From Octopus bimaculoides (lineage: Eukaryota), in the NCBI RefSeq assembly GCF_001194135.2, contig NC_068988.1:18636787-18681226 (forward strand): a DNA stretch of 44,440 bases. The letters run 5' to 3'. Position 1 is the stretch's first letter. Each line of letters opens with the position of its first letter. The notes under the pieces were generated by a model. It was not told the origin of the DNA and did no database searches. It saw only the letters and a list, made by a program, of their open reading frames with translations. Below are positions 36,467-44,440 of the stretch, one piece after another. A program made the position numbers and the translations under genes.

Positions 36467-36946
36467 NNNNNNNNNNNNNNNNNNNNNNNNNNNNNNNNNN
36501 NNNNNNNNNNNNNNNNNNNNNNNNNNNNNNNNNNNNNNNNNNNNNNNNNNNNNNNNNNNNNNNNNNNNNNNNNNNNNNNNNNNNNNNNNNNNNNNNNNNN
36601 NNNNNNNNNNNNNNNNNNNNNNNNNNNNNNNNNNNNNNNNNNNNNNNNNNNNNNNNNNNNNNNNNNNNNNNNNNNNNNNNNNNNNNNNNNNNNNNNNNNN
36701 NNNNNNNNNNNNNNNNNNNNNNNNNNNNNNNNNNNNNNNNNNNNNNNNNNNNNNNNNNNNNNNNNNNNNNNNNNNNNNNNNNNNNNNNNNNNNNNNNNNN
36801 NNNNNNNNNNNNNNNNNNNNNNNNNNNNNNNNNNNNNNNNNNNNNNNNNNNNNNNNNNNNNNNNNNNNNNNNNNNNNNNNNNNNNNNNNNNNNNNNNNNN
36901 NNNNNNNNNNNNNNNNNNNNNNNNNNNNNNNNNNNNNNNNNNNNNN

Positions 36947-37232
36947 GTTTATTGAGCGAAAACACCTAAAAGCTCCACGAGGCTCCGGCAGGGGATGGTG
37001 GCGAACCCTACTGTACTGTTTGACAACAACTTCTTCTCACTCTTTCTTCCTGTTTCTGTTGTGCCTGTATTTCAAAGGGCCAGCCTTGTCACACTGTGTC
37101 ACGCTGAATATCCCCGAGAACTACGTTAAGGGTACACGTGTCTGTGGAGTGCTCAGCCGCTTGCACGTTAATTTCACGAGCAGGCTGTTCCGTTGATCGG
37201 ATCAACTGGAACCCTCGACGTCGTAAGCGACG
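36947..37232 (+). mobile_element. SINE family A (5' end lost in gap)
   Basis: Colinear with the 1427 copy from gtttattgagc onward. Confidence 0.9.
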
Positions 37233-37244
37233 TACGTAAGCACT

Positions 37245-37967
37245 GTAATGGCTGGCTCCAGCATTCGATTCTCAGAAGAGGAGATGTTGCTAAAAAGGTC
37301 AAATTCACTGTCTTCGATTCGGTTTACTTACGGTCATGAATGCTGGGTAATAATGGAAAGAGTACGATCGCGAATACGAAGAAGTGCTGAAAATTCTTGG
37401 CTTTGGGTAAAAGGAAATACAGGAGGATCGGTTAATTATAATTTTATTCAACATATTCCCCTCAGATTCACACACTTATTGCAGCAGTCCTTCAGTTTTT
37501 CTAAATCCTGTAAAAGAACTGGGAAGGTTGGGCCTCAGACCAGATCTTTCGCGATATCCTTCAAGCCCGAAACTTTTCAACACTCCCTCGCAGAAGGGGT
37601 CGAAATAGGCTTCCTCTGGAGGGACTCTGGAGAAACGTCACTTGACAGGGTGTATAGCTCGGAGATCAAAGAGTCTCTCCAGGACGAGCTATTACTATGG
37701 ACATGCTCTGATACGACAGATATCTGGTTAGAATGTTGCGGGAATGAATCGCAAGGCGGATTCTTCAAGTCGGGCCAACCGACAAGAGACCAAGCAACAT
37801 ATGAAAAACGAGATGGTTAGCTAATATTCAAACACTTGTGAATCCTACCAGAAAGTGTTATGACGGTTGTTTCTGATAAGATCCTATAGTGAGGGATCGA
37901 ACCTATGGCTGAGGGCTCTACCCCAACAAACCTCCCCGAAATGGTGGGCGGAGAAGATTGATGGATA
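37245..37967 (+). mobile_element. Decayed RTE-clade LINE 3' fragment, interrupted by a MITE
   Basis: Frameshifted peptides LQHSILRRGDVAKKVKFTVFDSV / TYGHECWVIMERVRSRI / EIGFLWRDSGETSLDRVYSSEIKESL / YYGH / IARRILQVGPTDKRP..TRWL follow the order of the RTE ORF C-terminus (LTYGHExWVMTERVRSRIQAAEMRFLRR...DRVRSSEIR...WYGHV...GRPRTRW). Confidence 0.8.
37377..37590 (+). mobile_element. Tc1/mariner-type MITE inserted in the RTE fragment
   Basis: TA|CGAAGAAGTGCTGAAAATTCTTGGCTT ... AAGCCCGAAACTTTTCAACACTCCCTCG|CA. Imperfect TIRs, TA target with the right copy mutated. The RTE frame resumes on both sides. Confidence 0.78.
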
Positions 37968-38527
37968 TATAATAGTATTAACAATATATCAAATTGATCG
38001 TTCAGATAATGGCTGTAATATAAGATATTGCAATTATGAAGTGTGAATAACAAAACATAGAATTATAGTTGACATTACAAAAGATATATGTTTTTCTATA
38101 AACAGATCGTAATTATTATGCTAAAGGTTAAGTAAATAGCATTTTATTCGTTGAGAAATGATACAAATTACAGAAAATATATAATTAATTAAATAAAATT
38201 AAAGATAAAATAATAATTGAATAATAAAATAATGAAATGAATACATAAATACAACGAACAATTTTGGCGAAACTTTACTCCCGCCTTATATTCAATCTTT
38301 AAATGTGATTTCATTTAAATGAGTATGATAAGATATATTAAAATATAAGCATTGAGTATTTCAATGTTAACAATATTTCAATGAACATTTTGGCATTTAT
38401 ATATATGTGTGTGTATACATACACACACACACACACACACACATACATGTATGCATGTATGGTGCTCGTGCACGTATACACTGATACATAAGCGCAAGCA
38501 TGGTTGCAGTCAATTGACATAAACAGG

Positions 38528-38558
<31 letters not shown>

Positions 38559-39090
38559 AGTATGTGCATATACGTATGTATACAAGTGACATAGTGACGT
38601 AACAGAACACAAGAGAAAAAATTAAAGCGTGTACAATGTATAACAAACCAGTTTCTTTAAAAATACGATACGTATACCTTGCACAAATATGTTATGTGTT
38701 GGACACAGATAGTCTTATACTTATTAAACAGTAGCTTACAAACCATGTATATTTTGTAAGATCAAATATATATGATGTGCATGTTTATCTCTGTATCCTG
38801 TGAATCTCTTGACCTTTAACCAGAGCAATGGAATATAAATAGCAATGAATATGCACTGTAGTCAAACACACACATACATACTTGAATATTTGTGTGTGTG
38901 CGTGTGTGTGTATGTATATATGCATGTGCGTGTCTCTAAACACATACATTTATGTGTATGTATGTATGTATGTATGTATGTATAATACATATATGATATG
39001 TATAGAATGCAAATATGATATATATAAATATATATGTGTGTGTGTGCGTGTGTATATATATGTCTCTCTGTCTGTCTGTCTCTCTCTCTC

Positions 39091-39132
<42 letters not shown>

Positions 39133-40191
39133 NNNNNNNNNNNNNNNNNNNNNNNNNNNNNNNNNNNNNNNNNNNNNNNNNNNNNNNNNNNNNNNNNNNN
39201 NNNNNNNNNNNNNNNNNNNNNNNNNNNNNNNNNNNNNNNNNNNNNNNNNNNNNNNNNNNNNNNNNNNNNNNNNNNNNNNNNNNNNNNNNNNNNNNNNNNN
39301 NNNNNNNNNNNNNNNNNNNNNNNNNNNNNNNNNNNNNNNNNNNNNNNNNNNNNNNNNNNNNNNNNNNNNNNNNNNNNNNNNNNNNNNNNNNNNNNNNNNN
39401 NNNNNNNNNNNNNNNNNNNNNNNNNNNNNNNNNNNNNNNNNNNNNNNNNNNNNNNNNNNNNNNNNNNNNNNNNNNNNNNNNNNNNNNNNNNNNNNNNNNN
39501 NNNNNNNNNNNNNNNNNNNNNNNNNNNNNNNNNNNNNNNNNNNNNNNNNNNNNNNNNNNNNNNNNNNNNNNNNNNNNNNNNNNNNNNNNNNNNNNNNNNN
39601 NNNNNNNNNNNNNNNNNNNNNNNNNNNNNNNNNNNNNNNNNNNNNNNNNNNNNNNNNNNNNNNNNNNNNNNNNNNNNNNNNNNNNNNNNNNNNNNNNNNN
39701 NNNNNNNNNNNNNNNNNNNAGAGAGAGTGGTAGAGGGAGAAACAAAGGGAGGAAGTAGAAGAATAGGTGAGCAACGAGAGGAAAAGAGAAAGAGGGGGGA
39801 AAAAGAGATACGTAGAAGTAACAGAGGAAGAACGAGAGGGGTAAAGCGAGATACGTAGTAGTAAAGAGGAAGAACGAGAGGGGAAAAATGATAGAGGAAG
39901 AGAAAGAGATAGAGTAGCGTCGGAAAATATAAGTTTACGAAAACTACTTACGAATTGGAGTCATGTAAAAACAAATAGTAAATATATATATATATATACA
40001 TGCGTGCACACACCCACATATGCTTTCATGTGTTTTGTATAAATACTCACTCATACGCACACATATATGTGTGTATATATATTGATGTGCATATACAAAT
40101 AACACACACACACATTTAGATATATATATACATTGGTAATAAACTTTAATATATATGGATATTAGCGTCAGAGCTCTTATTTAAATTTCTA

Positions 40192-40224
<33 letters not shown>

Positions 40225-40622
40225 NNNNNNNNNNCCCAAAAAAAAAACATGGTACAAGACTTCAAGGCTCAAAACTTTTCATATATACCCCTTGTATATA
40301 TATATAAACACCCAATCTGCTTCATTATGTAGACTGGCATTTCGTTTTAGACAGAGATATAAAAGTACATATTTTTATTCCATAGTAAGAACCCAACCCT
40401 ACTTCCACACACAGACATATCTATACTCAAGAGCGCAGAGAGCCGGAGCAATTCTTACAATGCAGCTTATCCGACACTCACATACAGCAGTTCTTAACCT
40501 CGGGCCATAAGGTCACCCCGAGACTGTTGTTAGCTTACAAGGTAGCACCAACTATAAGCGATGGGCTTGCCAAGTGTTTTGAAGGGTCATAATTGTTTTC
40601 TCAAAAATAATATATTTAAATC

Positions 40623-40790
40623 AGGCGCAGGAGTGGCTGTGTGGTAAGTAGTTTGCTTACCAGCCACATGGTTCCGGGTTCAGTCCCACTGCGTGGCACC
40701 TTGGGCAAGTGTCTTCTACTATAGCTTCGGGCCGACCAAAGCCTTGTGAGTGGATTTGGTAGACGGAAACTGAAAGAAGCGCGTCGTATA

Positions 40791-40859
<69 letters not shown>

Positions 40860-41010
40860 TTATGTGTCTGTGTTTGTCCCCCCCACTATCGCTTGACAAC
40901 CGATAAGTACTAGGCTTACAAAGAATAAGCCCCGGGGTCGATTTTCTCGACTAAAGGCGGTGCTCCAGCATGGCTGCAGTCAAATGACTGAAACAAGTAA
41001 AAGAGTAAAA
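40623..41010 (+). mobile_element. tRNA-derived SINE family B (internal deletion)
   Basis: Intact head AGGCGCAGGAGTGGCTGTGTGG. Lacks the segment between gacaaccgat and aagtactagg that is present in the 32173 copy. Confidence 0.9.
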
Positions 41011-41044
41011 GAAAAAAAAAAGAGTAAATCAGTTTCAACCCTTA

Positions 41045-41240
41045 TATTCTTTTATCTTTTATCATTTAGCTGTTTCAGACATTGGGCTGTGGCTATGTTG
41101 GACCCTGTCATGAAGGGTTTAGCTGAACAAATCACTCCCACATCTAGTATCTTTTTTTTTTAAGTGTGGAACTTATTCTATCAGTTTCTTTTGCCGAACC
41201 GCTAAGTTATGGAGACGTAAACGATTCAGCACCGGTTGTC
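41045..41240 (-). mobile_element. SINE family B 3' fragment, tail-to-tail with 40623 copy
   Basis: tgtttcag..attgggctgtggctatg...ttttgccgaaccgctaagtta.ggagacgtaaac. Confidence 0.7.
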
Positions 41241-42273
41241 AAGCGGTGGAAGGGGTACAAATACTTATTGTTTATGTCATAAGAACTTTAGAAACTTCAA
41301 GAGAACGAGAAATAATTAGCTTTTACTGATTGAACTCGATCGAAGTAGATAAAGCTATAAAGAATAGCGTGCAAATATCGAGTTAAAAAGAAAAACACAT
41401 TTGGATAGAAAAAGTTGACTGCCATAGCTTTATTTGCTTCGAGTTATATCGTCAAAAATGAATCACATATACACATATATGAGACGAAAATTCACTTAGT
41501 TTCCGCTGCTAAATTCATTCGCAAAGTATTGATCAGCCCACGGCTATAATAAAAGACAATTGCCTGAGGTGCTGCACGCTTGGACCGAATCCGAGACCAA
41601 GCGGTTGTAAAGCGAGATTCTTAACCATACAGCCATGCCTGCGTCTAAAGGCATTTAAATACCCTTTGAAACATTTAAAAAGAGTTTTTTTCATTATTGA
41701 AATATAAACAGAACGATTGTGTTATCAACGAGCAAGAACACAACTAGTGATGCGCCATTAGCTAGGTCCAATACTAGGTCTAGAATAAATTTCGTTTTAT
41801 ATCTCGTTTTCTTTAATAATTTCCTTAAAAAAAATTTACCATTAGAAACACTAACCAACGCAAATGTTTAAAGAGAGGTCCATGCTGGTGCTGGATGGGA
41901 TAATAAACCACAAAAACAAAATTAGTTTCTACTTGATTAAATTAATCTCGTGTTTTTTTTTGGTTTTTTTTTTTGCAAAACGGCATTCCATGAAAGGAGG
42001 TAGTGGACTACAAAACGTAGAGAACTAACTACTATAAGAAACGATGATGACGAAAAGGATGATGATAATGATGACGATGATGACGACGATGACGGAGACG
42101 ACGACGACGACGATAATGATGATATCAAATGTGATCCTCGGAAGGCAAAACAAGCTGAATGCTTACAGCAAACAAATTATCAAATAAACATATAAAATAA
42201 AAAAAAAACGAATTAAAAGAGTAAATACATTAAAGTACAAACAAAAACGAAAACAAAACAAATCGTACGTATC

Positions 42274-42640
42274 TTTTACTTGTTTTAGTTAGGCTGCGAC
42301 CATGCTGGGGCTTCGACTTGAAGAATTTTAGTCTTAGGAATCGACACCAGTACAATTTTTTCATTAAATCGTTGTGCTAATTTTAGCGGTCTGTTTTGCC
42401 TAACTGCTCAGTTACGGGGACGTAAACAAACCAACACCAGTTATCAAGAGATGATGGGGGACAAACACATACATACATACAAACGACGGGATTCTTTCAG
42501 TTTCTGTCTACCAAATCCACTCACAAAGCTTTGGTCAGCCCGATGCAATAATAGAAGACGCTTGCCTAAGGTACCACACACTGGGAGCGAACATGGAACC
42601 ATGAGCTGGGAAGCAAACTTCTTACCACACAGCCACGTCT
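42274..42640 (-). mobile_element. SINE family B diverged copy
   Basis: Colinear with 13512. Confidence 0.8.
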
Positions 42641-42969
42641 GCACTTATTTATTAAGAATGGTAGATGATTTCTTTGCGTTCACATTTTTCAATTTCGGTT
42701 AAAATATCACAGAATCTCCGTTTTTTTTTTTTGTTTTTCATTCTCTCTCCGTTTTCCCCCCCTCATAATCCTTTCTGTCGAAGACCGTAGACTCGAAACG
42801 TAAAAGACCATTCTTCCCGAGCGTAAAGCTAATACACCTGCTTGTCGTCCCTACACCTGTCTTCGTAGAGAACGAGCTTTGTAGATATGATATTAAAGTG
42901 CTAGTCCCCTCTTCACCTCGCTGTTGGGTATGGCTCACAGATCACGAACCAGCAAGGGAGCCTCTGCGT

Positions 42970-43434
42970 CAATGGTTCTCAACTAGGGTCCTTATAAGAC
43001 ACTGTCGTTTAAATAAATTTATCTTCAATAAATTGGTTAAGTCTCTACAATACACAAAATATTTTAATTTCTTTTATTATACAATTCCTTCTAAAATTTA
43101 TCTCTTTTGAGACACACGGTGTTTTGGTATGTGTAGCCAAAAAGACCAAACTACTTTTCCTATTGAGATACAACTACTGAAAGATGATCTCTAATTGGCT
43201 ATTATACTTCAAAACCAACCATTCACAACATTTGTTCCATCAAACCGAGGGATCGGTCTCAAAGTTCTTTTACTTTGTATCACTTGAGCTGATCAGTCGG
43301 CCTGGGTGTCCCAAGAGGGTTAATTATTAAAACATAATATGATTTTATTTTAAACATCGAATGACCAGGAGGATTCATCCGAGTAAAATAGGTATCATTG
43401 GGGTCTATTGGTAAAAAGTGGTCGAGAAACACTG
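42970..43434. mobile_element. Non-autonomous hAT (Charlie-like) MITE with 8-bp TSD
   Basis: Termini CAATGGTTCTCAAC ... GTCGAGAAACACTG. Flanks CTCTGCGT (42962-42969) and CTCTACGT (43435-43442) match 7/8. Confidence 0.82.
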
Positions 43435-43504
43435 CTCTACGTCATGGAATGGGATGCTAGAAATAGCAACAAATTATTTCTCCAATCACACCTTGTTGTA
43501 TGTT

Positions 43505-43832
43505 GGCACTCCATCGAGGGTTCCAGTTGATCCGATCAACGGAACAGCCTGCTCGTGAAATTAACGCGCAAGTGGCTGAGCACTCCACAGACACGTGTAC
43601 CCCTAACGTAGTTCTCGGGGATATTCAGCGTGACACAGTGTGACAAGGCTGGCCCTTTGAATTACAGGCACAGCAGAAACAGGAAGTAAGAGTGAGAGAG
43701 TTGTGGTGAAAGAGTACAGCAGGGTTCGCCACCATCCCCTGCCGGAGCCTCGTGAGGCTTTAGGTGTTTTTCGCTCAATAAACACTCACAACGCCCTAAC
43801 CGCTGCCCTAACCACTGGGCCATGGCGTCTCC
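43505..43832 (-). mobile_element. tRNA-derived SINE family A
   Basis: Reverse complement of the 1427 copy, with the head at 43832 and part of the head region deleted. Confidence 0.9.
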
Positions 43833-44385
43833 ACCCACTCACACCTTACCGTCTTTAAAAATAGCAAAACAAAAAATACAAGCTCTACATATAATAAAAT
43901 GACTGGAAAAAAATGCAGGATGGTTCTGATTGAATGCATTCGATTAATGTGTCTACTTAAACAGGAGAGAACCGAGACTAAATAATAAAGAGAACAACCA
44001 AAATAGCACAGCCAACAAACGAATCATAGAGCAACGCAATGTTAAGCTGGTGTCGTTATATGATGGAAATTTTGATTCTCACCTACTGAACTCCTTGAAC
44101 TTCGAAGTAAGTTCCGGACTTCTTTCTCGCTTTTAATTTTTTTTCGTTTTTTAGAGACATTTGCAATCGTATTGTTAGTGATCAATAGATTTATTAACTG
44201 TATCTCATATGTAGAATCGAAATTAATCCTTTCTATTGTAAGTTTGGTAGATCTGGATGAACCAATACTTCACTTCACAATGGAAGAATACATAGTAATT
44301 GGAGATATTACCAAACACTACTAAGATCTTTCCCTTCTCTTCAGAGAACATTGCGTATAACACGAATATACATGATAGCACACAC

Positions 44386-44440
<55 letters not shown>

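Noticed and set aside
42040-42200. Acidic peptide NDDDEKDDD...IKCDPRKAKQAECLQ on the + strand
   Set aside because: It is a GAT/GAC trinucleotide repeat with an in-frame stop just upstream, no start codon and no convincing splice sites.
38250-44440. PTB-domain exons of NOS1AP
   Set aside because: I found no minus-strand peptide resembling the PTB motifs (e.g. GQAFEVCHK, IFYVSHDSQD). They probably lie outside the window or in a gap.

Overview
AT-rich animal genomic DNA from a gapped draft assembly. Large N gaps lie at 4213-4707, 9501-10058, about 28669-29323, 32656-33344, 36467-36946 and 39133-39719. The SINE families and dense TA/CA/CAT microsatellites point to an octopus genome (inference). 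The only protein-coding gene I can support is the 3' part of a NOS1AP/CAPON orthologue on the minus strand. It has four clear exons (23725-23876, 20754-21176, 18196-18336, 15655-17391) with canonical GT-AG sites and matching phases. Two candidate phase-1 micro-exons lie upstream (36203-36247, 35847-35909). The N-terminal PTB exons were not found and presumably lie beyond 44440. The rest is intron, putative UTR and intergenic DNA filled with at least four SINE families, piggyBac-, hAT- and mariner-type MITEs, a Helentron-type element, RTE and probable HERO LINE relics, and a 52-bp satellite. The most notable unexplained feature is an intronic type I hammerhead-ribozyme motif (33771-33846) enclosed by 50-bp inverted repeats, resembling a Penelope-like element or retrozyme relic. 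Most ORFs in the supplied track are artefacts of microsatellites or N gaps.
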